From NCBI GenBank assembly GCA_013239625.1, contig MU054220.1, forward strand, positions 4,589,374 through 4,641,144: a DNA stretch of 51,771 bases. Direction: 5' to 3'. Under the pieces are notes generated by a model that had not been told where the DNA came from, did no database searches, and saw nothing but the letters and a program-made list of their open reading frames with translations. Position numbers and translations under genes: made by a program. This stretch comes from Lama guanicoe (lineage: Eukaryota). Positions 36,976 through 51,171 of the stretch are shown piece after piece. How positions within the stretch are numbered: the stretch's first letter is position 1; each line of letters starts with the position of its first letter.

Positions 36976-37849
36976 CTCACCTGGGTATTTAAAAATGCTA
37001 GCCTCTATCCTTTCTTGAGCCTGAGTCATTTCATACCTGGGCTAAAGGAAAAAAAAAAGGAGGAGGGTATTTCCAAACAAATGAAGTTTATGGTTGGCAC
37101 TCTCTCAACTACTTTACTTTTGCCCTCCTATTTTTCCTCCCCTCTCAGCATCCCACTAATCACCAACGTGCCACTATAGTTTCCTCTTTAAGCCTCTCCT
37201 CTCCATTTCAAAATGATTTCCCATGTCTTTCACTGACTAAAATACCCATTCCCGCAAGGTGACTGATCCAATAAGCAGACAGGTAATAAACTGAACGTAC
37301 TAATCCCAATAAGATGTGAATGAATATGTCATCGCCCTCTTAGAAATACCTACCTTTCAAAAGAAGGCAATTTAAAACTAACTTCCAATGAGTGAAGTTC
37401 TTTGGTTTTGTTTATTTTTAAACCCTCTGAGAAGCAGCAAGACTCTTCTACTTGTAACTTCCTTTATCAGTTGGGACTGAGAAGCCACATAACTTCCCAG
37501 GATGTTCAAGATTTCTTCCTTCCCTTTTCCTAGAAGAGTCTTCCTCAACCCAGTTCCTGCAGCCCCGTGGCTCCCTCTCCTAGGCCTAAATCTATTTCCT
37601 CTTCCTTTGATACTTTGGAGACTGAACTATAAGGAAGCCGTCTCTGGATCTCAAAGAAATTAACTACCTGGGAATCTGCTATTTTGAAGTCAACGAGTAC
37701 CCTCCTTTAAGTAGCTAATAATACTCTTGGGTCTTTTGTTAAAAAGCTTTGGAAATCAAGCATAAACAGACAAGAGTAGACCGATCTTGACTATTTATCT
37801 CTGCTCAAACTACCTTTTAAGATACTTGTTCCCAACATTCAGCTACTCT

Positions 37850-38160
37850 CCATCCCAGAACATTCTGGGAAATACTAGATTGTAGGGAGAATAACAGAAC
37901 ACAAATGCTTCCGAAGTATATCCCGATGGCTGTTCAGCAGTCGATGGTGGTTTTGTTGTAGTTGCAAGGAGAGGCGAGTTTGTGGTCCTACTACTCTGAC
38001 ACCTTGACCAGAAATCACTCCCAAGTATTTCCCATAATCCATAAAGATGCATGGGCAAAGATAATCAAAAGATATTTTTATATGCAGCTGAGCAGAAGGA
38101 AGGATACTAATTAAAAATAACCCACCAACCACATTAATGGAGAAAGTATTCACTCATAAA
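37850..38160 (+). mobile_element. Ancient L1 (L1ME-like) ORF2-end fragment
   Basis: CCTTGACCAGAAATCACTCCCAAGTATTTCCC..AAAGATGCATGGGCAAAGAT..AACCCACCAACCACATTAATGGAGAA resembles the YDPAIPLLG region. Confidence 0.55.
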
Positions 38161-39884
38161 GAGCACAGGAAGAAAAGAGGCTAATATGGTCTATTCCAGC
38201 TTTTGTAATCAATGATTTTTTTTGTAACTAACTGACTTTTATTATTTATACATATTGTTACTTAAATGATGCCTCTTAATAAAATTATGGGCACTGTGTA
38301 CAGATAGAAAAAAGTTGATGGGTAATAAACAGGCCTGAAGACAGACAGGTCACCCTCTACCAACTGATTCTCTTGACTCTACAACTTACATAAATAATGC
38401 ATTTGGCATGGGGAAATTCTTGGTCTAGGATGCATTAAAAGCTTGAATAAAGCTATGGTTGGTGGGTTTTGTTTCCAAATGAATCACAAACTAAATAACT
38501 ATCTTTTTCCAGAAGGACCTTTCTATTTTTGCTCCTAGAATAAAGAATGCCACTTTTTAAAAGTTAAAAAAGTCATAGTGGAATTTGAAAAAAGTATTGT
38601 CTGTAGCATACTTCAACATCAAGGCTACTCCTCTGGCCTTGGTAAATTACGCCTCCCGCAATGTACTGTACAAAGTCCTTCAAACCAATCTGGAACACAC
38701 ATGAGAGTCTCTCTTGAGGAATCAAGTAAGCATTACAGCAGTCACATTTTGTTGACCAATTGTTTGCTTATTGAAAGCAGTATTGATGTCATTATCTCTA
38801 AATAGCTGAAGTTCTTTAAGCTTTCTCAAATCTGTGTTTCTTGGCATTTGCCTGAGAGAAGACAGCAGGTGCTTACTTATTTTATATAACAGAGTTAAGA
38901 ATCCATCATCTCAACCTTATGCATTTATATCAAGTTATGGTGACCTTTCAGTATAAATTCACACAATTCATAGCCATTTTCTTTCCACTTATCCTATTGA
39001 AAACTTAATGTTTCTTTCATAACAAAGAGCTTTAGCACTCTCCGTTATAATTCTGAAAATATTAATTTTCTTAACTAAGCACTGACTATGCTTTGGTGGC
39101 TAATGCTATTCAAACAAATGGAGCATACCTTAGTGATTTACATTTCTTTTTTATCATTCCTGGTTTCATTAATACTCAGTAGAAAAAAATTTCTTCCTCT
39201 GACTTGATATGGATTGCTAGATGTTATTAGAAATGAATTACATGTTTGTTATTTTAGGGAATGTTATAAAGGTGGCACTGATAGTAAGCAGAGGAGGAAG
39301 GAGAATAAATAAGATTATTTCCCCCTTATTATACAGAGGTGGGGGTATGTGGGATCTGGATGGGGAGGAGAGAGGGAAGAGAGAGAAAGTCAAGGCCCAA
39401 GTAATCACAAGAAAAAGAAAACATAAACAACAGACCCTTCCCCCACAAGTTCTAGAGGGTTATACTCATACTAGAGAAAGAACTGTTAAGATTTGAGTTG
39501 AAATACGACCTAGCAATAAGATAAAATTTAGCTCATAAAGGTGTTTTAATAGTTCCCTCAAAAATCTTGACAAATTAAAATTACAGTGCAATATAAGATA
39601 TTTGCTAATAAATGTCAATAATAATTATACAAAGCTTATGATTAAGGACACAGTTCTGGTAGACTAGGAAGAAAATGAAATATATAGCCAATTAATAGTA
39701 TAATGTATGTGAAAGTGCTGCTATAAACTTTATAAAGGATTATGTAAACACTAGCAATAATTATTTCTATTGTTGATCTGTAACCAACCTAGAAATCAAA
39801 ACTTAAGTTGTCTGTGTATATATGTGTGTGTGTGCCTCAGTAAGTATTCAATCAGAACTGTTTAATTACAGTATAACTTCAAAG

Positions 39885-40100
39885 CAGGGTTTCTCAACCT
39901 CAGCACTGTTGAGATTTCAGGCTGATAACTCTTTGCTGTGGGGGTCTGCCCTGTACATTGTAGGATGTTTAACAGTGGCCCTCACCTCTACCCATTAGGA
40001 GCCTGGAGAACTTCTTTCTCCTACCCCTCAGTTGGTGACAACCAGAAATGTCTCTGGATATTGCGAGACATTGCAAAATTGCCCATGGTTGAAAACCATG
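39885..40100 (+). mobile_element. MER20 hAT-Charlie MITE
   Basis: TIRs CAGGGTTTCTCAACC / GGTTGAAAACCATG; internal CTGTACATTGTAGGATGTTTAAC..GTGACAACCAGAAATGTCTC. Strand is nominal. Confidence 0.9.
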
Positions 40101-40194
40101 TTAAAGCATAAAAAAAAAATCTAGAAATCATTTATGGCTCTCCTACACAAACTGAGGAGGAGAGACAGCCAAGATGAACTAGAACTGGATGCCC

Positions 40195-40485
40195 ATCACT
40201 AGGCACGTGTGGCTACTGAACACTTACAATGCAGCTAGTCTGAACTGAGATATGTTATAAATGTAAAATGAACACTAGACTTGACGACTTGGAAAAAGAA
40301 TGTGAAACATTTTGAAACTTTTTATGTGGATCACATGGTAAAGTGACAATATTTTGGATATTATGAAAATTAGTTTCATTATTAAAATTAGATTCACTTG
40401 TTCCTTTTTACTTTTTAAAAATGTGGCTACTAGACACGTTAAAATTACATATGTGGCTCACATTGTATTTCCGTCAGACAGTACA
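40195..40485 (+). mobile_element. MER33-like hAT-Charlie MITE
   Basis: CACTAGGCACGTGTGGCTACTGAACACTT...AATGTGGCTACTAG..AAAATTACATATGTGGCTCACATT. Strand is nominal. Confidence 0.85.
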
Positions 40486-40549
40486 GAACCTGTGCAAAAA
40501 AATGATACTTCCTTCTCACTATATGCTCCAGGCAGCCTTTGATGTAAGA

Positions 40550-41180
40550 GAGCTCGGTCCTCATTTTCTCTTTACATTCTCTCCTTTGTCCTCAGATTAT
40601 CTCCAGTCTCCTTTCTTCAATGAGATTATCACTCAGAGATGACTCACCTCCAAACTCTATCTCTAGTTCAGAGCTCTACTGAAACCTAGATCCATGTGTC
40701 CAACTATCAACTCAACAATCCCACTCGGACATCCCAGAGGAACCCCAAACTTATATGATCTTCATTCCCAAAAAGGCTCCTCTTCCAGGATTCCCCATTG
40801 TAGTAAATGGCACTGTTGACAGATGCTCAAGACAGAAACCTAAGGTCATCGTGAGTTCTCTCTTCTCCTTCATACCACTTGAAATCTCTCATGACTTGAG
40901 TCCTGCTTTCTTTACTTCCTCAATATTTCTGGAATCCTCATTTTTCCTACCCCACTGGCTAGACCAAGTCACCAATATTTCTTCCGTATCAACTCCTTCT
41001 TCCCTTTTACACTCTCAATACACTGCCCTTCCCTTCTCAACACTTAACTCACAGCTAACTATTTTTGTGCAGTGTTGTCTTTCCTATTAGGACATTATAC
41101 TACAGAAAGCCAGGCACTTTCTTGTTCATTGTTGTGTGTCTCCAGTTCATTGAATGACCAATGGGTGAATGAATAAATAA
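40550..41180 (+). mobile_element. L2 fragments
   Basis: GATGACTC..AAACTCTATCTCTAG..TCCAACTATCAACTCAACAATCCCACTCGGACATCCC and TGAATGA tail. Confidence 0.7.
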
Positions 41181-42618
41181 GGACGGGTGTAAACTGCTGA
41201 CTCACAGGTTGCAATTTACTAAGGAGCTGGACTACGAAAGCAGTGGTTCCACTGGCATATGTGACCTGGGAAAATATCAATCTTTATGTCTAAATATCAA
41301 TGCATATGTTCTGACATAAGTCCTAGGATTCTAGAAGTGGGGACCAATGAACCCTGTACCTCATCCTTAACAGATCTATCTATTATGCTTAAACTCACAC
41401 TGCAGACTTTTTAATATAGTGGGTCAGGAAAGAACAGCTGAAGAGAGACTTTTATAACCCTCCAGCCCTGCAGCAACCCGATGCCTGACATCTTCCATCT
41501 TCAGTGGAATGGTCCCCAGAGTAGCTGTAGTTTCAAAGTTACAGTGAAAAGCAGCTGACATTTATACAAAGCTAAGAACTATTGGGATTAACTGAACCGC
41601 TTCAAAAAGAAAGTTATTCTCCAAGAGGACAAGTTCAAGATAAGTCTCCTCTAGTTAGGGATCCTCGATCCACCTTCTTGCCTAAGCCAGCCTTCACTCC
41701 CCAGTCCATGACTGGTTTGGAAGGGGTTTGGATGGACTATGGCACTGTCTATCCTAACTAGTAAGTTACAGCTGCACTGACATGGAAGTTTAAAAAAAGG
41801 TCAATAATTCTACAGAAGTTAGCGTGCTTTAGCCTAAGCTAAAGAGGAACTTGTGAAAGACTCTGGGCAATGTATGTATCTAAAGAAGAACACGAGGCAA
41901 AATCTAGACCTGTGTTTTCATTCATCTTGTGCTACTGGCTCTCCTATAAATGTGGGAGTACTGTGTGGGTGGGTGAGGCATGGTGAAGAGTGATATAGAC
42001 CAGGCAGGGGCTGAAAAGACAGCATGTCAAAGCCGAGGTTAACCCCAGGCCCAAGGGCACCATGTAGGGTTATATGTGTTTAACTTTTTAAAAATTGCCT
42101 TATCAAGAACTTATATAAGCTATAAGAACTTATAATGATAATACAAGTATAATATATAATGATATAAGAACTTACATCATTCTTTTATAGTATGAAGAAG
42201 AGAGGTGGGGCCTTGACTAAAGAAATGTTAGGAAACATTTTTTTAAAGTATCTTCTCTTCATTATTCCTCCTTTTATAGCCCAGTAGAGAAAACAATGGC
42301 AATTACTAGGTTCGTACCAATTGAGGTAGTGGGAGAAAGAGATTTAGTGAAGCAGCAACAATTTTCTGAACTAAATGCCCCTTTTCTTTCTTAAAATGAC
42401 TCAGAATGGTGGGTAACTTTTTGAAGACCATTTTTTTACCCCTTAAAATCTGGTGAATCTTTTCCATAACAAGGTCCAATACTTCCATTTCTCAGCAAAG
42501 CATCAGGTTTTAGTAATAATAACAAGGTGTACCAAAGGGAGTAGACTTGGAAAAACCAAGTAGTGGCTAAAGTACTCGTCTTTAGGTGACCTTAGGCAAG
42601 TCACTAATCTCTCCGAGC

Positions 42619-42857
42619 CAGGCCTTCTCAACTGGGGTGAGGGTCCCCCAAGGGGACAAAAGCTGGTTCAGGGTGTGGTATGAGATCTTATTCTTTTTAC
42701 ATATAAAGCACAGATGTATATATACAGCACATACACAAGATATGCAGTGTATCTGTGGTACTCAAATTTCATGGGAGAGAAAATTAGGGGAAAATAATGT
42801 GTAAGACGGCTTCTTGTTGGGGAGCGGGTAATACTGAACAAAAGGCTAAGAAATACC
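42619..42857. mobile_element. MER96B-like hAT MITE nested in a MIR (~42575-42930)
   Basis: Degenerate TIRs CAGGCCTTCTCAAC / GCTAAGAAATAC; internal ATAAAGCACAGAT..TATCTGTGGTA..AAATTTCATGGG. It splits the MIR core GTGACCTTAGGCAAGTCACTAATCTCTCCGAGC | CTTCATTCCTCAAATCTAAAAATAGG. Confidence 0.75.
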
Positions 42858-43189
42858 TAAGCCTTCATTCCTCAAATCTAAAAATAGGTTAGCATCACCC
42901 ACTGTAAAGGATTATTATAATACAACTATATCTAAATGTATACAGAGAGAATGAGAGACCAGAAATAAAGCAGTCAGGGTAAACAACCCAAATTGTAGAA
43001 TTATCATTAAAATACAACCAAAACCAAAGATTCAAATGTATATACATTAACATCATCTACTGACCAATTGTATTAACACGGCAATTTTCTTCTCACTAGT
43101 CATTTCACCAGCTGAACACCTAACATCCCAAAAGGAAACAGTCTTAGTCAATAAATGCAAAGAGAATCCACAGTTGTGGCAATACAAAC

Positions 43190-43297
43190 CTAAAACACCA
43201 ATTTGAAGACCTGCCAAGCTGGTTTTAATTTTATCATAAATATCTTCTGATTCAAAGTCAACAGCAATGGTCTTTGTTTCCACCTTGAACTTTTCTC
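43190..43297 (-). CDS. HSD17B12: HSD17B12 exon 4 (108 bp, phase 1-1)
   Basis: Acceptor tttttccttAG, donor GTttgt. Encodes (R)EKFKVETKTIAVDFESEDIYDKIKTSLAGLQIGVL; overlaps ORF 43053..43283. Confidence 0.97.
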   Translation of the reverse strand, partial: EKSSRWKQRPLLLTLNQKIFMIKLKPAWQVFKLVF

Positions 43298-44009
43298 CTA
43301 AGGAAAAAACACAAACGGAGAGAGGAAAAATTAATACACGGCCATTAAGATGAAAGCATTTGATGATATTATTCTTTCAAACACTCTCCTCTCCATATTT
43401 AATATAAAATCTAGACCCAGATCATTTTAAGCAATCATGAGACCATCTAAGAGATGATATAGCGTCAACACAGTAGTTTTGCAATTAAATTTTCAATGCT
43501 GTCACAGAGCTGGCTGAATGTTCCTTAATCAGTTCTCCTATAAATCAGTAATGACTACTTTATCGACTCTTAGGTACAAATAGTAAAGTATGACTCATAT
43601 CATAACGCTATATACTCTTCAAATATCACTGGTTTTGTGGTTTTAATTGCAAACTGATACTTCATGATTTCAGGAAGAAGTCTTTACGTGATAAACTATT
43701 TTAAAGTGTGTTATATTAAAAGAAAAGGTCCATGTTATTAAGATGGAAACAAAATGAATATGATCGTATTTGAATTTAGGAGACTGGTTAATACTGAATA
43801 GCCACTACATCAAAAAAGCCATACAAAATGTACAGTATCGGAGCTACAAAGTGACACAAGAAAGACCTCAGTGTTCTACTTTGCACAGGACTATGCAAGG
43901 TCCAAACAGAGCTAAGGGAAAGAACAGGTTCAGAAATGAGACCCTGGAAAAACAAAACTTATCTGAGAGAACATGTAATGTTGACTTCTGCCTTCACTAG
44001 CGGGCTGCT

Positions 44010-44245
44010 TTGAGAAGATGGTGTGGATTGTGAGGTCACCCAGACATGGGTACCAGTTTCACTTCCACCCTTATTTGTTAAATGACTTTGAGCAAGTCAC
44101 AAATCTCCTATGAGCCTCAGCATCCTCTTGTGAAAGTGAAGGGAATAATCCCCATTTTAGTGCTGTCAACACAAAGATATCAAAGCATTACCTTTAGTAC
44201 TAGCACTACTGCACTGTACTGGCATACAGGAGGCACGCCATAAAG
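44010..44245 (+). mobile_element. MIR SINE
   Basis: TGACTTTGAGCAAGTCACAAATCTCCTATGAGCCTCAG core. Confidence 0.8.
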
Positions 44246-45239
44246 TCTCATCCCTCTGTCCTCAACTAACCCCACTCTCACTTCACTTAGTGAAGTTCAG
44301 TTGGCGAAGAATGCTTATTCTTTGGAATCTGATGAGAATTCAAAAGAATTAGTTTCAAAATCCAGCTTCCAAAAATAAAATTTTCTTCATTCGAAGTCAG
44401 TGTCGGCTCGCCACAGAATATGCAGCATTAATCCACATAGGAGGTTTCCGTTCTTGATCTAAAAGGATCTATGTCTAAAAGAGCTGGTTCACGAGATTTG
44501 ATTCTTAGTTAGACTCAATGAAAAGTATCGACCCTAGATGGGGATCCATGAATAAACTAGAGAAGATGATAACTGACCTGGAAAACACCTTATCTGGTGT
44601 GAAAGGTACACCTACTACTTCAATATAAATGTTATTATATCTGTTCACGTGATGGACAACCAGATACAGAGCTGCCAGTTCACAACAGCTGGTCCAACAT
44701 GTCTTGCTATAAATGGTTCACACAATTTATCACAAGTAAGCAAAGAACTCTGCCTTTATTAGGGTCACCAATTCACAAGAAAAAAGACCAAAATCAAAAG
44801 GCTGAAGGATACCTTCTATTAAATGGAAAACTTGATTCAGGAATAAATTTGATAAACTTATCTATTTATTTAAGAAAAGCAAAGTCTTGTTTCCACACTA
44901 GCACTTATATACTGACATTTAGGAAAATTTCTCTCTAGTAATAAAAGCCACCTCACAACCACTGAATCAAATTTACTTTTAGATCTCACAGGATTTGGTG
45001 AATGTACTTATTCTGCACAGTCTTATATAGATAAGCTGCTTAAAGAAAAAAAAATAGCGACTCTTTCGGAAAAGAATGTTACTTAATAAGAACCCTCAAG
45101 TAAGCTCTTTCTTTTGTCTTCACATTAGGAGAAGCAAAATGGCTTCTGATGCAAGTTTTTCAAGATAAATAAAAAATTGAACTTACACTTGAATTACCCT
45201 GAATCATGTTCTAGTCTAGTTAACACTGTTTTCCTCCCC

Positions 45240-45770
45240 CCTCATTTAACTTTTCTTTACTGCCTCTACTGTGGATTTTTCTTTTTCAACATAGCTCAGA
45301 TCATGTCACACTCATCCTTGCAAACCTCCAAGGGTTCCATCTCACTTTTAGTAAGAACCAAAGTCTTCAGCAACAGCCTAATACTGAACTCTACCTCCAC
45401 CTACTTACTCTCTGGTTGGTCCCTAGCCTTGGTCACAGGGGTCCTAGGAGTTCTTTAAACACAGAATGTTCTCCAGATACACGCAAGGCTTTTGCACCTA
45501 CTGTTCTCTCTGCCTGGAATGCTCTTCCACATCCCTTGTCTCTGTTGGGTCTTTAAGCAAATGTTACCTTCTCAGAGAAGCCTTCACTGACCATACTTTA
45601 AAAAATGCAGCCACTCCTCTCCAGCACTCCTTGTTCCCCTTCCCTGCTTTATCCTATTCCATTGTGCTTACCCCTCTCTAGTATACTATGTATTTTAATA
45701 ATGCATATGTTTCTTGCCATCTGCTCCCATTAGAATTAAGCTTTGTGAAGACAAGGACTTGGGTTTTGTC
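45240..45770 (+). mobile_element. L2 (L2a-like) 3' region
   Basis: CAGATCATGTCAC..GCTTTTGCACCTACTGTTCTCTCTGCCTGGAATGCTCTTCC..TAAGCTTTGTGAAGACAAGGACT. Confidence 0.85.
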
Positions 45771-45771
45771 A

Positions 45772-45990
45772 GTTGCTCAACCATGTCACAAAGGTTCCAG
45801 GGTCTTTCCACCTTCCTCCCTTATTCCTCGAGGCTGGCTCTCCTCTTGGCTTCAAAAGGGACACTGCCATTCCAAGCAACCATGCAGGTGATGTTCAGAG
45901 GCAGGAATGGGGCATCCCTGTTATGTGTCCCTTTAATAGTGAGGCAAACTTCCCCAGAAGAACCCAGACTTCGCTCACATTGCCTTTCCC
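45772..45990 (-). mobile_element. MLT1-type LTR fragment
   Basis: CCAGGGTCTTTCCACCTT..CAAACTTCCCCAGAAG..CCCAGACTTCGCTCACATTGCC. Confidence 0.55.
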
Positions 45991-48900
45991 AGGATTCCCA
46001 TGGGATACACATGCTTCTGGCCCGGCCTGTGGACCGGCTTTGAAGATTCAGTGAACCATCACCACCACCAAGTTGTGTGAGTCAAAAATAGTAGCACATA
46101 TCTAAGAATAGAACAGGAGATGCCTCTCTCTGGGCCAAGGCAATCAGAAGTGAATTCTGACATATGTTCTAAAAGGCTGAGGTGGGAGATAGCTGGCTTC
46201 CTTAGAAAATGGGGAAATAAATCTAGGCATCTACCCTCTTCCCATAGCCTATCAGCCCTCATCTGACCCTGCCGAAAGAAGCCAACATGGAGGAACAAGA
46301 ATCCTCTAATTTTAAACATCAGCACAAGGATGTAACAAGCACTTGGAACAGAAGTGGGTACCACATACACATAATAAAATCTTCATTTCCACCTTCACCA
46401 CCTCCCCTACCCAAGGCTCTTCATAAGACCACCAGTCCACAACTCAGCAACAGCCCACTGCTGGGGAAGAGCGAGAACTCTACCAAAGCCTTTGGAGACA
46501 TACTTCTGAGTGCTCTGATCCTTGCCCACCACAAAGGCCCGTGAGATGACAGCCTCGGTCAAATCCTTCCTCCAGGGTAGGAGCTGTGATAAGTTAGAAT
46601 CACAGCTTTCAGGTGTCAGCCCCTTTAGGGATGGTCCCAGTGTCAGAGGGCTGCCTGGACCGAGATCATGCCTTTCCCATGGCGCCCACATCCAAGAAGT
46701 GAATGAAGTGAGAGTATAAAGCCACTGGACAGCTTTTACTGATCAGGTTCTGATTCCTAAAGTACACTCTGCTTGTTACCCTATTTTTCTGTTCTTTTGA
46801 AATGTCCTACTTTTAATTATTTTATGTTTAGTTTTATTATGCCAGTAGTGCAAACCTCCTTTACTATTACTCTTTTTCAAAAGTTTATCAGTTATCCTTA
46901 CTTGTTTAGTCTCAGTTTTCACTGAGGTTGCATTCAATATTTCGATTAAATTTATGAAGAATGACAATGTGGCCTTCCCTCCAGGCTCTCCATTTATTCA
47001 ATGTCTCATGGTAAAAATCTAGTGTTGTAAATTTTTAAAGAAATTAAAGAAATAAAGAATTCCACTATTAGAATAATACATACCATTATGCAAAGATACT
47101 CAAGACTATATAATCATTCCTCCCTCCAGCCCCAGCTTTGTCAGATTGAAATGATTCTGATATGATCTTGGTCCACTGTCTCTCAGTCTAGTGGCTAAAA
47201 CCAAAAACTAAGAAGCAAAAAACTCAGATGATTGGTATGAGTTGTTCAAGGCATTAGAAATGGGAGCAGAAAATTAGCTCTGGCTTAAAAAGTGGGGAAA
47301 TGAAGCTAAGAAATGGCTGGGCTGATCCCTGTTTATCTCCTTTTTATCTAGTCCACTGAAAACCACAAAACCACTATGGTGGAATAACGGAAAGCAAATA
47401 TTATTCATAAATGTAGACAACAATGAACGTCCTCACTGCCTCAAGTCAGTCCGTCACTTCCAGGCACGGGTGCCCCACTCCTATAATCACGTTGCTGGTT
47501 CTTACCTATAGGATCCTGAATTGGTTCAAGGTCTAGTTGAGAATTAACAAAAGGAACTTCACCCAAAAGTAGCTTCAAGATGCTGCTAAAACACCTCTCA
47601 ACAGTAAAGCCAGCACATTTCTTAGTTCAGACCCAGAAAGGTCATGAATATATTCATAATAGCCTCCTATTTAACATACTTCTAGGTCTGGACATCACTA
47701 TTTTCATTTTGCTCAACAAATTGACATCTCTCAAATTTAACAGTTTTATCTCTAAGAATAGTTTCCCAGGTCTTGGAAAGAATTTTGCCATTTCCCCCCA
47801 AGATGTCTGGGGATATTAGGTCTGAGAATACTAGAAAAGAGGTCTAATCTACATAAACTCATGTATTATTTATCACTTTTCTATTAATAACACCAAAGAA
47901 ATATCGATTCTCCTTTGTCTCCATACCTGATCCAAATAACCTGTCTTTCCTTGTAAGTTTTAGGTACTATTCATTACAAAATTCCTGTTATATTTATCCT
48001 TCCTCATCTTTTCCATATTACAGGTTTCATCATTTATCATTCGAGTTGGGTCGCCATCTCTATAGACTGAATTTTCACGATTCCCATGACCTCCAAGGTA
48101 AAGCTGCTCTGGCTGTGCTCCTAGATACCTTCTATGTAACCCTTCTGAGCACTGACCGTAATATATTACAGAGTCTCTGCTTCCTAACAAACAGTCATTC
48201 TTTGTTATCTCTGTATTCCCAGCACCTAGCACAATGCCTGGCGTGTTAGCAGAGGTCACGCAAATGTTTGCTGAGTGAGTAAACACCTCTAGGCCAACAC
48301 AGCTCTTTCATTAAAATCATCTTCTCAATACTTCTTGAATTCCTCCTTATAGAAATAAAACTACATACTGGTAAGAGATGTCTATGTGAGACATAATAAC
48401 CTAAGGTACTTACTATTAGGCATTTTAATGCCTTAAGATAAATTAAGAAACAGCTCAGTTCTTCCCTGTGTCCCGCATGAGTCGGACTACAACCCACGTG
48501 GAAGTAGGAACATCTTAGGGTTATTAGAAACCCTAGAAAACATCCAGTCTCATGAATAAATACTCCAGAAGCTTAACTCAGGGGCATGAAGATGAAGGTA
48601 GAAGATATTTTAGTTATGGGACCACGCTCCTTTATCCTCAGTCCTGAAAAAGATAATTAGGGGGAGAGGAGAGACTCTTGGGGAAACAGTACTACATTCA
48701 ATGCTTACCAATTTTAGCTGCTGAAATCTAAATTCATTAAATTCAATTTGTAACTATAAAAATGTACTGCATGTTTTGAAAAACCCCTCCATTTTCACAT
48801 ATATGTCTTACAATATTCAGAGATACAAAAAGTATGTGTCTTTTCATACTTTCTCTAATTTTAAGAGGGAAACAAAGAACAAGTCCCCTAACCAGATTCT

Positions 48901-49616
48901 CTCCACTTAACTTCTCTCCTTTCCCCGTTTTCTTCTTTATCCCCAGACCTTACTGTCTCCCTCCACCCCTCCCCTTTGGGGTGAGATCTCTCCCCACAGA
49001 CAAAGCCTCTCTTACATACTTCTGCAGAAAAGGTGCTTATGCCCTAGAAGGGAATGATTCATCTGACTCCATTTTTTAAAAGGCCTCATTTAATTATAAT
49101 TATCAGAGATGCTATACAAATAATGGTCCATTTCTTTTTTATATTGCCCTTGAAAATATATTCATCATCATTTTAATCTCATATGAAGAGACTCACTTTC
49201 AGTCAAATCAAAAAAAATCCATCCTCAGGATTCCATCCCAAACCAAGTATTTCTTTATTTTAAGCCAAGGTTATTATAGTTTATTCATTACAGCCTATTT
49301 AGCTAGAACAATCATCTGTAATAAATAAAAACCTTACACCATGTGAATTTGTTCTATTGAAGGCCATGAATAGGCCCCATTCTTTTGAAAATCCTCAGTT
49401 TTACATTGGCTTCAGGTATTATAGACCCCTGGACAAGGCACCTTTGAAGAAATTTTCAAATAAAGATGTTTATTTTCTGTACTTGGAGGGAAAAAAAGGT
49501 CTGCCAATGGAAACATTTGAATTTTATTTTTTTGAGGTGAGAAAAAATAAGAACTATTCCTAACATTACCATGTTTAAAATTCCAAGATGATGTTGCTAA
49601 TACTATGGAAGCAGAG

Positions 49617-49999
49617 TATTATGGACTGAATGTGTCCTTCACCCCTCAGTTCATATGTTGAAGGCCTAACCCCCAGTGTGATGGTATCTGGAGGTGGGAC
49701 CTTTGGGAGGTAATTAGGTTTAGTTGAAGTCAAGAGGGTGGAGCCTTCATGGTGGGATTAGTGACCTTGTAAGAACAGGAAGACAGAGAGCTCTTTCTCT
49801 CTACACAACACACCCAAGAGAGGCCGAGTGAGGACACAGGGAGAAGACAAGCCAGGAAGCAGGCTCTCACCAGGAACTGACTCTGCCAGGACCTTGATCT
49901 CGGACTTCTAGCCTCCAGAACTTTTGAGAAACGATTGTCTGGTGCTTAAGAGACCCAGACTATGGTATCTTGTTATGGCATCCTGAGCTGACCAAGACA
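49617..49999 (+). mobile_element. MLT1A/B-type MaLR solo LTR, complete
   Basis: TATTATGGACTGAATGTGTCC..TTCATATGTTGAAG..GGACCTTTGGGAGGTAATTAGG...CCTTGATCTCGGACTTCTAGCCTCCAGAAC..GAGCTGACCAAGACA. Confidence 0.92.
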
Positions 50000-50519
50000 T
50001 AGAATTTGTTCAAAAAAGCATGAGATGGTAGTTAGAAGCCCTGGCCTTGAATGCCAGTTCCATCACTTGGCCGAGGGTCCTTCACTAAGGCCTTTCAACC
50101 TTCAGGAATTTTATTTCCTAGCCTTTGAACTACAAGAAATAATACCCACTCTACAGAGCTCCTATGAGGATTACACGTCATAGCACATGAGAACGTATTT
50201 TATGTATGTAAAGCCCTATTCAAATGTTTTCTCTTCTTGTATCTACCAATATCTACAAAGATGACTGCATGATAGATAGTTGTTTTTTCCAAAATAGCGC
50301 AAGCTGCTGTAGATATTATCTGTATCATTAACTCTTTCTTCTTTGCATCAGCTGCATATCCCCTTTCAACCTGACCATGCACATGACTCGGCTTTAAAAA
50401 CTCACTTATTACTCTATCACCAGTTGGAATCAATGGTCATGATATACTATTTTAAGCTACACCATTAGTGTCCCAAATATTTCTTTGACTCAATTTGCTT
50501 GTGATTAACCTTTGAATTA

Positions 50520-50685
50520 CTATGCTTTATCTATTCCAAGATGCACATTGTTATTCACTTTTTATCTTTGAAATCAGGGTGCCTTACAACTGATGTCATA
50601 TCAGTATAATAGGCCATTTTTCTTTCTTAATGTATATAAGCATCACTGTTTCATGATCAATGGTGATTTGATAAAAGAAACACAG
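50520..50685. mobile_element. MER104-like TcMar-Tc2 MITE
   Basis: ATTCCAAGATGCACATT..TGAAATCAGGGTGCCTTACAACTGATG..TTTTTCTTTCTTAATG matches the recalled consensus. Confidence 0.65.
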
Positions 50686-51171
50686 AACCCTGCTGGTATC
50701 CACCCTTCTCTTTCACCTCAAAGAATGAACTGAGGACAGCTTCCAAAGGCAAGGTTCTCCGGCATTCCAGTGCTAATAAGATTCCACCACTTCCACTAGT
50801 CAAGAAGGCAGAAGACTGCCCATCCTAAACTAAGACCTGAAACACTTAGCATGTGCTCATTCATTCACCAGGGTCACAAGCATTTGCAACCAGGCAAACG
50901 CCGTGCTCAACTGTCTGCTCTGGAAGGGCAAGGTCCATGTCTGGTTTTTTCTTTATCATTAGACACTCAGAGCCCAGTAGTACCTGGTACACTATCAGAG
51001 CTCAAGAAATACATTTTGGCTGATTAAATTCAAGACGTACACACTGAGTAGCATCCACATGTCAAACTTCACCCTGAGGATAATAGCAGATCGCCTCAAA
51101 AAGGTCATATTTTGGTGAAGGAGATACATGTGAACCCAACTGTTGCTCTAATAAATAAAAAGAAAGTGCTC

